Assembly: GCA_020445785.1 (NCBI GenBank)
Contig: JAGRFZ010000013.1
Span: forward strand, 95,628 to 159,627
Length of the DNA: 64,000 nucleotides
Source: Rhodocyclaceae bacterium
GTDB lineage: Bacteria; Pseudomonadota; Gammaproteobacteria; Burkholderiales; Rhodocyclaceae
Direction: 5' to 3'
Part shown: positions 10,268-19,465 of the stretch, one piece after another
Numbering within the stretch: position 1 is the first letter of the stretch
How the letters are laid out: every line of letters starts with the position of its first letter
Position numbers and translations under genes: made by a program
The notes under the pieces: generated by a model
What the model was told of the DNA's origin: nothing
Databases searched by the model: none
The model's input: only the letters and a program-made list of their open reading frames with translations

Positions 10268-11166
10268 AGGCGAGCCACTCGACATCGGCCGGGGCCACCG
10301 GGCGGCTGCGCGCATGGCTCGAACTGACGCGGGCGCCGAACGTGTTCACCGCGGTCTCGAACATCGTCGCGGCCCAGTTCATCGTCGCCCAGGGCCTGCC
10401 CGAGCCGGTAGCGCTGCTCTTGCTGTGCTGCGCCTCGGCCTGCCTGTATACCGGCGGCATCGTCCTCAACGACTGCTTCGACTATGCCGAAGATCTCGCC
10501 GAGCGCCCGTCCAGACCCTTGCCGTCGGGTCGGATCTCGCGTCCCATCGCCTTCGCGGTCGGACTGCTGCTGCTGCTTGCCGGTTGGGGGCTGGCGGCGG
10601 CAGTCGGCAGCCTGCCGGCGCTGCTGGCCGCGGCGGTGGCGGCGATGGTTCTGTGCTACGACGCCTGGGCGAAGCGCACCAGGCTCGGGCCGGTGGCCAT
10701 GGCCGCTTGCCGCCTCGGCAACTGGTTGCTCGGGCTGTCCTCCGGCGGCGCGCTGGCGACCCTCTGGCCGCTGGCCCTGCCGCCCTTCGTCTATATCGCC
10801 TCGCTCACCGTGCTGAGCCGCAGCGAGACCCAGGGGGGAGACCGTCGGCCGGTACTGGTGTGCGCTGCCGGCATGCTCCTCTGCCTGCTCCTGCTGTTGG
10901 CCTATCATGCCATCGGTCTGGTGCACAACGCGCTCGGCCTGCTCCTGCTCGGCGGCGGCGCGGTGCTGGTGGGTCTGCGCCTGCACCGGACCTGGCAGGA
11001 CTTCGTGCCCGCCAACATCCAGCGCAGCGTCAAGTTCCTGGTGCTCGGGGTGATTCCCTTCGACGCGCTGATCGTGTTCGCTGCCGGGCCATGGTGGGGC
11101 GCGCTGGTGGTCGTCGCGCTGTTGCTGCCCGGCGTGCTGATCGCAAGGCGGATCTATGTCACATGA
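10264..11166 (+). CDS. eboC: UbiA family prenyltransferase (EboC-like)
   Basis: LNDCFDYAEDLAERPSRPLPSGRI, YDAWAK, MAACRLGN; multiple TM segments. Confidence 0.85.
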   Translation: MKASHSTSAGATGRLRAWLELTRAPNVFTAVSNIVAAQFIVAQGLPEPVALLLLCCASACLYTGGIVLNDCFDYAEDLAERPSRPLPSGRISRPIAFAVGLLLLLAGWGLAAAVGSLPALLAAAVAAMVLCYDAWAKRTRLGPVAMAACRLGNWLLGLSSGGALATLWPLALPPFVYIASLTVLSRSETQGGDRRPVLVCAAGMLLCLLLLLAYHAIGLVHNALGLLLLGGGAVLVGLRLHRTWQDFVPANIQRSVKFLVLGVIPFDALIVFAAGPWWGALVVVALLLPGVLIARRIYVT

Positions 11167-11218
11167 GCGGACACTTTGCCCGCATGCGCTGCGCACGACC
11201 GCTCTACAATCGAATCAC

Positions 11219-12073
11219 ATGGAAGACTCCCGAACATCGATGCTGAAGGCCTTGCAGGCCGAGTGCTCGGCCGAGGCCATGGCCTGGCTGATCCAGACCT
11301 GCGACGCCCTCGCGGGCGCCGGCGCACCCGAGCGGCTGGACCACGCCTCGGCCCAGTGCGGCCGGCGCCTCGGCCGCGGAGCGATCGCCGCCGACCAGGG
11401 CCCGATCGCCACGCGCTGCGGGCCCCTTTCGATCGCCGGCCGGCCGGTCGCCGAGCTCGGGCGGACCTGCCTCATCGCCGCGGCGGCCGGTGCGCCGGAC
11501 GGCAGCGCCCAGGCCCTCGTGGGCCATTACCGCGGCGCCGACGAGGCGGAGCGCGCCGCCGTGGTGCGGGCGCTGGCCGTGATCGACGCCCAGGGCGATT
11601 CGAAGCCGCTCGCCCTCGAAGCCGGACGTGCCAACAGCCAGGTGCTGCTCGGGGCGGTGATGCTCGGCAACCCCTATCCGGCAGCCCACTACAGCGAGGC
11701 GGAGTTCGACCAGATGGTGCTGAAGGCCTTGTTCGTCGGCATGCCGCTGGCCGGCGTCGTCGGCCTGGCGGCGCGTGCGGGGCCTGGCTTGTCGCGGATG
11801 TGCGAGGATTACTACGACGAACGCATCGCCGCCGGCCGCGAAGCACCGGCCGACATCTGGCTGGCCCTCGCGCCCCACGCCAGCGAACGGGGAGAATCGC
11901 TGCTGCTCGACAACCTCACGCACCCGAATCCGCGCCACCGCTTCTTCGCGATCGTCGCAGCCGGGGCGCGCGCCGCGCAGCGGCCGGGCCTGCGCGACGC
12001 GTTGCGCAGCCGTACGGCGTCCGAGACCGATCCCAGCTGCCTCGAAGCCACGGCGCTGGCGCTGGCCCATTGA
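11219..12073 (+). CDS. eboA: EboA domain protein (start uncertain: 11156, 11219 or 11240)
   Basis: GDEAER-like motif, RAN, NPYPAAH, FDQMVLKALF, ERIAAGR. Confidence 0.8.
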   Translation: MEDSRTSMLKALQAECSAEAMAWLIQTCDALAGAGAPERLDHASAQCGRRLGRGAIAADQGPIATRCGPLSIAGRPVAELGRTCLIAAAAGAPDGSAQALVGHYRGADEAERAAVVRALAVIDAQGDSKPLALEAGRANSQVLLGAVMLGNPYPAAHYSEAEFDQMVLKALFVGMPLAGVVGLAARAGPGLSRMCEDYYDERIAAGREAPADIWLALAPHASERGESLLLDNLTHPNPRHRFFAIVAAGARAAQRPGLRDALRSRTASETDPSCLEATALALAH

Positions 12074-12098
12074 ACCCGCTTTTCACATGGTGAACCCG

Positions 12099-12977
12099 AT
12101 GAAGTATTTCGATCCGCACATCCACATGCTGTCGCGTACCACCGACGACTACGAGAACATGGCCGCCGCCGGCATCGTCGGCATCGTCGAGCCCGCCTTC
12201 TGGCAGGGACAGCCGCGCACCCAGGTGGGCACCTTCGTCGATTACTTCGATTCGCTGATCGGCTGGGAGCGTTTCCGTGCGAGCCAGTTCGGCATCCGCC
12301 ACTTCTGTACGATCGGGCTCAACCCCAAGGAATCGAACGACGTGGCGCTGGCCGAGGGGGTGATGAAGCTGATTCCCCGCTACCTCGAGAAGGACGGCGT
12401 GGTCGGCGTCGGCGAGATCGGCTACGACGACATCTCGGAGAACGAGGAGCGCTTCTTTGCCGAACAGCTGGAAATGGCCAAGGCCTTCAAGCTGCCGGCG
12501 CTGGTGCACACCCCCCACCGCGACAAGAAGACCGGCACCGAGCGAACACTGGCACTGGTGCGCGAGGTGGGCATCCCGGAAGAATTGGTGATCGTCGACC
12601 ACCTCAACGAGATCACCCTGCCACTGGTTCGCGAAACCGGCTGCTGGTGCGGCCATTCGGTGTATCCGGAAACCAAGATGTCCGAGCAGCGGATGGTGGC
12701 GCTGCTGAAGCAGTACGGTACCGACAAGATGGTGGTGAACAGCGCGGCCGACTGGGGCCGCAGCGACCCGCTGAAGGTGCCGAAGACGGCCGAGGCGATG
12801 CGCGCCGCCGGCTTCGGCGAAGCCGACATCGAGACCGTGTTGTTCCACAACCCGATCGCCTTCTTCGCCCAGAGCGGCCGCATCTCGGCCGCCGACATGG
12901 CGCCGGTGCCGATCGACCAGACCCAGCTCTGGCAGGAAAACTCGGTGCTGCGCGGCCAGAATCCGATCGTTCAATGA
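12099..12977 (+). CDS. eboB: TatD family hydrolase (EboB-like)
   Basis: FDPHIHMLSRTTDDY, EPAFWQGQPR, GEIGYD, HTPHRDK, SAADWGRSDPL. Confidence 0.9.
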   Translation: MKYFDPHIHMLSRTTDDYENMAAAGIVGIVEPAFWQGQPRTQVGTFVDYFDSLIGWERFRASQFGIRHFCTIGLNPKESNDVALAEGVMKLIPRYLEKDGVVGVGEIGYDDISENEERFFAEQLEMAKAFKLPALVHTPHRDKKTGTERTLALVREVGIPEELVIVDHLNEITLPLVRETGCWCGHSVYPETKMSEQRMVALLKQYGTDKMVVNSAADWGRSDPLKVPKTAEAMRAAGFGEADIETVLFHNPIAFFAQSGRISAADMAPVPIDQTQLWQENSVLRGQNPIVQ

Positions 12978-14179
12978 CGCCAGGCTGGCGGCGGGACGAG
13001 CTGGCCTACTGCAGCAACGTCCATGCGGGCGAATCGGTCGACGCACTGGCGCAGACCGTCGCCCGCTTCGTTGCGCCGGTGGCCGGCGCCCGTGGCGTCG
13101 CCTGCCGCGCCGGGCTGTGGATCGGCGCCGCCGCGGTCCACGAACTGGCCAACGTGCCGGCCACCCGCCAGCGATTCATCGCCGCACTGGCGCGTCATGC
13201 GGTCGGCCTGACCACCCTCAACGGCTTTCCCTTCGGCGGCTTCCACGATGCCGTCGTCAAGGCGGCCGTGTATGCACCCGACTGGTGCACCCAGGAACGC
13301 TACGACTACTCGCTCGCACTCGCCGAACTGCTCGCCGACGTGCTGCCCGCCGACGCCGAAGAAGGCTCCATCTCGAGCCTTCCGCTGGGCTACCGCGAAG
13401 GCTGGCGCGACCATCACCACCGGCTGGCGGCCGAACGCCTGGCGCGCTTCGCCGGCGCGCTGCGGGCCTTGTGGGCGCGAAGCGGGCGCCGCATCCGCCT
13501 GTGCCTCGAGATGGAACCCGGATGCGTGCTCGAATCGACCGACGACGCGATCCGCTGGTTCACCGAAGACCTGCCCGCAGCGGCGCGGCGAAACGGCGTG
13601 CCTGAGGCCGCCCTCGGCGATCACCTGGGGGTGTGCTTCGACATCTGCCACCAGGCCGTGATGTTCGAGGACGTGGCGGCATCGCTCGGACGCCTGCGCG
13701 CGGCGGGCATCGCGATCGGCAAGATCCAGGTTTCCAGCGCGCTCGAGGTGCCGGCGCCGGAATTGCGCCAGAGCCTCGCCGCCCTCGCGCCGTTCGACGA
13801 GCCGCGCTACCTGCATCAGGTGCGCTGCCGCGCGGCGGACGGTCGCCTGCTGGCCGCCGCCGATCTGCCCGAGGCGCTCGACGAAGCGGCCGGGCTGCCG
13901 AGAAACTGCGCCTGGCGCGTGCATTTCCACCTGCCGATCCAGGAAAGCGAGATCGGCGACGCGCGCCTGCGCACGACGCGGCAGGCCATCGAAGAAGTGC
14001 TACGCTTCCTCGCCCTGACCCCGGACCTGAGGCCTCATCTCGAAGTGGAAACCTATACCTGGAACGTGCTCCCGCCCGCGCTGCGGCCGCGCGACGACGA
14101 TAGCCTGATCCGCGCCCTGGCGACCGAACTCGACTGGCTCGAGGGGGCGCTGGCCCGTCACCGGCTGCTGGCCCGATGA
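12974..14179 (+). CDS. eboE: Metabolite traffic protein EboE (TIM barrel)
   Basis: LAYCSNVHAGE, TLNGFPFGGFH, EPRYLHQV, WRVHFHLP, HLEVETYTW. Confidence 0.9.
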   Translation: MTPGWRRDELAYCSNVHAGESVDALAQTVARFVAPVAGARGVACRAGLWIGAAAVHELANVPATRQRFIAALARHAVGLTTLNGFPFGGFHDAVVKAAVYAPDWCTQERYDYSLALAELLADVLPADAEEGSISSLPLGYREGWRDHHHRLAAERLARFAGALRALWARSGRRIRLCLEMEPGCVLESTDDAIRWFTEDLPAAARRNGVPEAALGDHLGVCFDICHQAVMFEDVAASLGRLRAAGIAIGKIQVSSALEVPAPELRQSLAALAPFDEPRYLHQVRCRAADGRLLAAADLPEALDEAAGLPRNCAWRVHFHLPIQESEIGDARLRTTRQAIEEVLRFLALTPDLRPHLEVETYTWNVLPPALRPRDDDSLIRALATELDWLEGALARHRLLAR

Positions 14180-15555
14180 CGCGCGCGCCTTCGCCGCTGG
14201 TCGTGATCGACGTGGTCGGCCTGTCGCCGGCATTGCTCGGCGCGAACACGCCGGCCCTCAACCGCCTGATCGGCGACGGCTTCCTGGCGCCGCTCGACGG
14301 CGTGTTTCCGGCCGTGACCTGCACCGCCCAGGCCAGCATGCTCACCGGAAAACTGCCGCGCGAGCACGGCATCGTCGCCAATGGCTGGTATTTCCGCGAC
14401 CTCGCCGAAGTGTGGCTGTGGCGCCAGTCGAACCACCTGGTGCAGGCCGAACAGATCTGGGACCGCCTCAAGCGCGAACAACCCGACTTCCGCTGCGCCC
14501 AGATGTTCTGGTGGTACAACATGTACGGCGGCAGCGACTGGTCGGTGACGCCGCGGCCGATCTACCCGGCGGACGGGCGCAAGCTGCCCGGCCTGTATTC
14601 GAAGCCGGCCGAGCTGCATCGCGAACTCGAGGACGCCCTCGGCCCGTTTCCGCTCTTCAACTTCTGGGGCCCGGCCGCCGGCCTGCGCTCCTCGCGCTGG
14701 ATCGCCGACAGTGCGCGTGCGGTGTTCGACCGCTTCCGGCCTTCGCTGCAGTTCGTCTATCTGCCCCATCTCGACTACGACCTGCAGCGTCTGGGACCGA
14801 GCGATCCGGGCATCGCCCGCGCGGTTTCCGAGATCGACGCGGTGGTCGGTGAGCTGGTCGACCATCTGCGCGGCCAGGGCGCCGAGATCATGATCGTCTC
14901 GGAATACGGCATCGAGGACGCCACCGGCCATGTGCACATCAACCAGATCCTGCGCCAGGCCGGCCACATCGCGGTGCGCGAAACGCTGGGCTGGGAGCTG
15001 CTCGATGCGGGCGCGTCGCGGGCCTTCGCGGTCGCCGACCACCAGGTCGCCCACGTCTATGTGCAGGACGAGCGGGACATTGCATCGGTGGCGCGGCTGC
15101 TGTCCGCCTGCGACGGCATCGAACGGGTGCTCGACGCCGACGGCAAGCGCGAGTGGGGCCTCGACCATCCCCGCGCCGGCGAACTCGTCGCGATCGCCGC
15201 GCCGGGCCACTGGTTCACCTATTACTACTGGCTGGACGACGCCCGGGCGCCCGATTTCGCCCGGACCGTGGACATCCACCGCAAGCCCGGCTACGACCCG
15301 GTGGAGCTGTTCATCGACCCGGAACTGCGCTTTGCGAAGGGCCGCATCGCAATGCGCCTGCTGCAGAAGAAGCTCGGCATGCGCATGAACATGGACGTGA
15401 TCGGCCTGCGCCCGGAACTGGTCAAGGGCACCCACGGCCGCCTCGCGGCATCGCCGGACCACGGTCCCTTGATGATCGGAACGGACCGGCGCATCGCCGC
15501 CGACCGACATGCGATGTGCGCGGTGGCCGATCTGATCGCCCAGCACTGGGCCTGA
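14176..15555 (+). CDS. eboF: Alkaline phosphatase/nucleotide pyrophosphatase family protein (EboF-like)
   Basis: DVVGL, PAVTCTAQ, YLPHLDYDLQR, VDIHRKPGYDPVELF, VKGTHGR. Confidence 0.9.
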   Translation: MTRAPSPLVVIDVVGLSPALLGANTPALNRLIGDGFLAPLDGVFPAVTCTAQASMLTGKLPREHGIVANGWYFRDLAEVWLWRQSNHLVQAEQIWDRLKREQPDFRCAQMFWWYNMYGGSDWSVTPRPIYPADGRKLPGLYSKPAELHRELEDALGPFPLFNFWGPAAGLRSSRWIADSARAVFDRFRPSLQFVYLPHLDYDLQRLGPSDPGIARAVSEIDAVVGELVDHLRGQGAEIMIVSEYGIEDATGHVHINQILRQAGHIAVRETLGWELLDAGASRAFAVADHQVAHVYVQDERDIASVARLLSACDGIERVLDADGKREWGLDHPRAGELVAIAAPGHWFTYYYWLDDARAPDFARTVDIHRKPGYDPVELFIDPELRFAKGRIAMRLLQKKLGMRMNMDVIGLRPELVKGTHGRLAASPDHGPLMIGTDRRIAADRHAMCAVADLIAQHWA

Positions 15556-15572
15556 GCCCCGGGGCCGCACGC

Positions 15573-16886
15573 ATGGACGAACCCCATGCCCTGGTCATCG
15601 AAGACGACCTGCCGGTGCGCCTCGGCATGCTCCAGGCGCTGGATCTGGCCGGCATCGACAGCCGCGGCGTGGATAACGCAGAAGCCGCCCTCGCGCTCCT
15701 CAAGACCGACTTCGCCGGCGTCGTGGTCAGCGACGTGCGACTGCCCGGGATGGACGGCCTCGCGCTGCTCACCGAGGTGCTCTCCCGCGACCGCGAGATC
15801 CCGGTGATCCTGGTCACCGGTCACGGCGGCATCGGCATGGCGGTACAGGCGATTCGCGACGGCGCCTACGACTTCATCGAAAAGCCCTTCACCTCCGATC
15901 GCCTCGCCGACATCGTCCGCCGCGGTCTCGCCCACCGCCGGCTGGTGCTCGAGAACCGGCGGCTGAAGGAGCGGGTTCTGGAGAAGCGCGCGGTGCTGCT
16001 GCTCGGCGACAGCCCGCAGATCGTGCATCTGCGGCGGATGGTGGCGGCGATCGGCCCGACCGAGGCCGACGTGCTGATCTACGGCGACACCGGCACCGGC
16101 AAGGAAGTGCTGGCGCGGGCGCTGCACGCCGCCAGCGGGCGCAGCGGGGAGTTCGTCGCGATCAACTGCGCCGCACTGCCGGAATCGGTGTTCGAAAGCG
16201 AGATCTTCGGCCACGAGGCCGGCGCCTTCACCGGCGCGCTGAAGCGGCGCATCGGCAAGATCGAGCACGCCCGCGGCGGCACCCTGTTCCTCGACGAGAT
16301 CGAGAACATGTCGCCCCAGCTTCAGGTCAAGCTGCTGCGGGTGCTGCAGGAACGCGTGGTCGAACGCCTCGGCAGCAACCAGCCGATCCCGGTGGACTGC
16401 CGCATCGTCGCCGCCAGCAAGAGCGACCTGAAGGCCCTGTCCGACGCCGGCGAGTTCCGCGCCGACCTCTACTACCGGCTCAACGTGGTGTGCCTCGAAC
16501 TGCCGCCGCTGGCCCAGCGCACCGGCGACATCCCGCTGCTCGCCGCCCATTTCCTGCACCAGGCGGCGCAACGCTACCACCTCGACGCCCCGACCCTCGG
16601 CCAGGCCCAGCTCGACCAGTGGCTGGCCCACGACTGGCCCGGAAACGTGCGTGAATTGCGTAACGCCGTGGACCGCTTCTGCCTCGGCGTCGCCACCGGC
16701 CCGGCGAGCGCGCCGGCGAGTTCGCTGAACGAGCGGGTGGCGCAGTTCGAGCGCGGGCTGATCGAAGCGGCGCTGCGGGAATCCCAGGGACGGATCAGCG
16801 GGGCGGCGGACAAGCTGCAGATCCCGCGCAAGACGCTGCATGATCGGATTGCGAGGTTGGGGATCGATCCGGAGCGCTTGCGGTAG
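15573..16886 (+). CDS. Sigma-54-dependent response regulator, DctD-like (REC-AAA-Fis HTH)
   Basis: [35 protein letters not shown] and C-terminal HTH. Confidence 0.92.
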   Translation: MDEPHALVIEDDLPVRLGMLQALDLAGIDSRGVDNAEAALALLKTDFAGVVVSDVRLPGMDGLALLTEVLSRDREIPVILVTGHGGIGMAVQAIRDGAYDFIEKPFTSDRLADIVRRGLAHRRLVLENRRLKERVLEKRAVLLLGDSPQIVHLRRMVAAIGPTEADVLIYGDTGTGKEVLARALHAASGRSGEFVAINCAALPESVFESEIFGHEAGAFTGALKRRIGKIEHARGGTLFLDEIENMSPQLQVKLLRVLQERVVERLGSNQPIPVDCRIVAASKSDLKALSDAGEFRADLYYRLNVVCLELPPLAQRTGDIPLLAAHFLHQAAQRYHLDAPTLGQAQLDQWLAHDWPGNVRELRNAVDRFCLGVATGPASAPASSLNERVAQFERGLIEAALRESQGRISGAADKLQIPRKTLHDRIARLGIDPERLR

Positions 16887-17160
16887 GGGGGCGAAGGGCA
16901 GGCATGGGATCCATCGGGACTCGCGCGCCCACATTTCGATGCCGGCGACATCGTTCCGGAGGGCGGCAATCGTCAGTATCATGGGCCGGGTGAGCGCGCC
17001 AAAGCCATAGAACCCGGCGCGGTGGGCTTGCGGCTTTTGGCGGGTTCGATATGAGGGTGCTGTTGATAGCTCAGAGGAGGAAGTGCAGTCATGGCAGGGC
17101 TTTCCCAGGCGCGGCATTTCCAGGTTAACCGGCGCATATTTGTTAAAAGCGCGATTTCAC

Positions 17161-17179
17161 GCCCGATATCAAATTGGGC
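17161..17179 (+). other. attI-like integron recombination site (junction with cassette 1)
   Basis: GCCCGATATCAAATTGGGC resembles the attI1 core GCCCTAAAACAAAGTTAGGC; TTGGGC is complementary to R'' GCCCAA of attC1. Confidence 0.5.
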
Positions 17180-17185
17180 ATCACA

Positions 17186-17674
17186 GTGACGCGCACTCGG
17201 CTCGGGACTGATGAAAAATCCGGCCGTGGCCTGTACGTCGCATTTTGTGCTGAGCCGGCTGCAGTGCTGGCTCTGGAGTTCCCGCAGGGTCAATTCGTTT
17301 GTTTGCTCGCTTGGGATGCGCAGGGGCTTGAGGTTGGCTTGGTCTCAGAGCTGGCTCGTCATCTCATGCAACATGGCTGCGTGTACATTTGCTGTTGGGG
17401 CCCAGACTGTGAGCGCGTTCACGACATCTTTGATGAAACAGATACCGAACTTCACCCTGAGTCGGAAGCTGTGGTCATGTCCACGTGGCACTCCAACGAG
17501 CCACTGGCTGACGCCATTTGGTTTGCGCTTAACAGTGCTTCACCTGATACGGCCCATGAGAACAATTGCGCTTCTGTCGTGGGCATGGCAATCGGTGATG
17601 ATGGGTGGGCTGCGCAAATGGGCCAGGCATTCGCAGACCCCGCTGGTTTCAATAAGGGAGTTCTGGCGGAGTGA
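17186..17674 (+). CDS. Gene cassette 1: hypothetical protein
   Basis: Lower-GC ORF filling the space between the attI-like site and attC1; conserved-looking CCWGPDCERVHDIFD and MSTWH motifs. Confidence 0.75.
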   Translation: MTRTRLGTDEKSGRGLYVAFCAEPAAVLALEFPQGQFVCLLAWDAQGLEVGLVSELARHLMQHGCVYICCWGPDCERVHDIFDETDTELHPESEAVVMSTWHSNEPLADAIWFALNSASPDTAHENNCASVVGMAIGDDGWAAQMGQAFADPAGFNKGVLAE

Positions 17675-17675
17675 T

Positions 17676-17747
17676 GCCCAACCATCGCTTGCAGCCGACG
17701 GGCCACTCGCTGCGCTCGCGGCCGTCGGCTGAAGCGGGACGTTAGGC
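17676..17747 (+). repeat. attC site 1 (72 bp)
   Basis: R'' GCCCAAC, L'' CTTGCAGC, L' GCTGAAG (extra G in L''), R' GTTAGGC; inner stem CGACGGGCC/GGCCGTCG. Confidence 0.92.
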
Positions 17748-17756
17748 CACACAACT

Positions 17757-18236
17757 ATGTCAGCGATCCTTCTCCGCTTTATCGGCCTTGGTACTTTTAT
17801 CGGAGGAGGAGTATTTCTTGCCGTTAGCAGTTCTTTCACGGGAACCACAGAGCTTAGCCTGTGGAATTTAATTCAATTGTTTTTTTCTGTTCTCGCAATG
17901 TCTGGGCTTGCTTGGTTCATGTCTCTGCCATTTGGGGCAATTCCAGCAAGTGCCGCCGGTATTTGTTATTGGTACATTCTTTCTCGCCATACAAAAAGCA
18001 ATCCTCGCTTGCTTATTCGGGGCGTTATCGGCGGCGGGGCAGGGTTATTGGTGAGCCTTATTTTTGGCCTGTTATTTGCGTTTGGCGGTAGTGGCCCAGG
18101 CGCGCCTTCTGTAATCGCCAGCCTATTTTCTTGGGCATGCGCAGGTGTGGCTGGTGGTGCCCTAAGTGCCATGGTTGTTGGAAACGCCGCGTATAACAGT
18201 GTATTTGAAAATCGTGAGGTGATCGGTGAAGCCTAA
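17757..18236 (+). CDS. Gene cassette 2: hypothetical multi-pass membrane protein
   Basis: 159-aa hydrophobic low-GC ORF; ATG 10 nt after R'; stop codon lies inside R'' GCCTAAC. Confidence 0.8.
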   Translation: MSAILLRFIGLGTFIGGGVFLAVSSSFTGTTELSLWNLIQLFFSVLAMSGLAWFMSLPFGAIPASAAGICYWYILSRHTKSNPRLLIRGVIGGGAGLLVSLIFGLLFAFGGSGPGAPSVIASLFSWACAGVAGGALSAMVVGNAAYNSVFENREVIGEA

Positions 18237-18305
18237 CCTTACGGTCAAGTTCGCCCTTCGGGCTGGGACTGCGCTGAAGCGCACCCCCTAACCTCCACGT
18301 TATGC
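18231..18305 (+). repeat. attC site 2 (75 bp)
   Basis: R'' GCCTAAC (complement of upstream GTTAGGC) to R' GTTATGC; internal hairpins GCCC-TTC-GGGC and TGCGC-TGAA-GCGCA. Confidence 0.88.
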
Positions 18306-18318
18306 GTAAAAAGCATTT

Positions 18319-18756
18319 ATGAACCATCACCTTAAAGTCCAGCTTGATCACGATGATGATGGAACAGCCGGAATCGTCGCTGAAGTTAAAAGCAATGGCT
18401 TTTCCGGTAAGGGTGAGGCTTGGTTCAATCTTTCCGAGATCAAAGCTTTTGCAAGCCAATTGGAGGCATTCGCGAAAACCCTAAACAATCCACCAATAAT
18501 TGAAGGTGGCCTTTGGAATGAAGAAGGTGGGCTAACCGAAAAGCTGTTGTCCCAGAGACTCTATCCGATCTCCAATCATAGAATCGGCATGCAGGTCATT
18601 CTCGCCGACTACCCCTACACCGATAGTAGGCCGGAAGAAATATCCAGGTTGTCGTTGGAGTTGAAGCCTGAGGCTCAAGCTACAATAGAGTTCGCGCGGC
18701 AACTCGTTCGCTTGGTTACCGAAAAAAGCGGTGTGGCAATTCTTGAATGCCGTTAA
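18319..18756 (+). CDS. Gene cassette 3: hypothetical protein
   Basis: 145-aa low-GC ORF bounded by GTTATGC and GCATAAC. Confidence 0.8.
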   Translation: MNHHLKVQLDHDDDGTAGIVAEVKSNGFSGKGEAWFNLSEIKAFASQLEAFAKTLNNPPIIEGGLWNEEGGLTEKLLSQRLYPISNHRIGMQVILADYPYTDSRPEEISRLSLELKPEAQATIEFARQLVRLVTEKSGVAILECR

Positions 18757-18758
18757 TC

Positions 18759-18891
18759 GCATAACAAGGCGTTCAAGTCGCTCGCTATGCTCGCTGGGAC
18801 GTTCAACACTCCGCACCCGCTTGGGCATGGCTTCGCCATTTTTGCCCAAGCAGGCGCTCCGCGCTGAACGCCACTTAACACAGCGTTCAAA
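18759..18891 (+). repeat. attC site 3 (long type, about 133 bp)
   Basis: R'' GCATAAC, L'' GTTCAAGT, L' ACTTAAC, central hairpin GCTTGGGCA..TGCCCAAGC, non-canonical R' GTTCAAA. Confidence 0.85.
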
Positions 18892-18925
18892 CTTTATGGG
18901 AACAGAGGGGCAAGGGGGCAACTGA

Positions 18926-19465
18926 GTGGGTGAAGTGAAGGAGAGTGGCAAAGGGACAATTCGGCGGCGCGCTGACGAGATTGCGCCCTACCGCTGTAAG
19001 AATCTGATTGCCGTGATAGAAGATCCCACCGATGTGCGGAACATTGGGACAGTGATCCGGAACGTCAATGCATTGGGAGTCGAAAAGGCATATGTCGTCG
19101 ACCCTCGTCGTTCGCTCCCCGATGATTGGCAAGAGATGCGACAAAGGCGAAGCCTTTCAAAGACTTCGGTCTCTGCAATTCAGTGGAGCTTCGTGAAGCG
19201 CTTCGACTCTACTGAAGAATGTCTGAACCATCTTGAATCCAGGCGCTTTACATCAATTGCAACGTCGCCGCACCAGATTGGACGCCGAAACGTCATTCTC
19301 CACGAGGGGGACTATACGCAAACCCGGCTCGCGGTATGGTTTGGAAATGAATCTCGCGGTTTAAGCGAAGAGGTTCTGGACCGATCGGAGTTCTGCGTAG
19401 GTATTCCCATGTTTGGAATGATCGAAAGCCTCAATTTGGGGACAACCTCGGGAATTGTCCTGTAG
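18926..19465 (+). pseudogene. Probable cassette 4: TrmH/SpoU family RNA methyltransferase, C-terminus truncated by IS30
   Basis: DVRNIGTVIRN, WFGNESRG and IPMFGMIESLNLG SPOUT motifs; the TAG stop is formed by the first base of the IS. Confidence 0.8.

Noticed and set aside
17676-18891. Spaced palindromes as a possible CRISPR array
   Set aside because: The units are not identical, are separated by whole genes and fit attC structure; no cas genes
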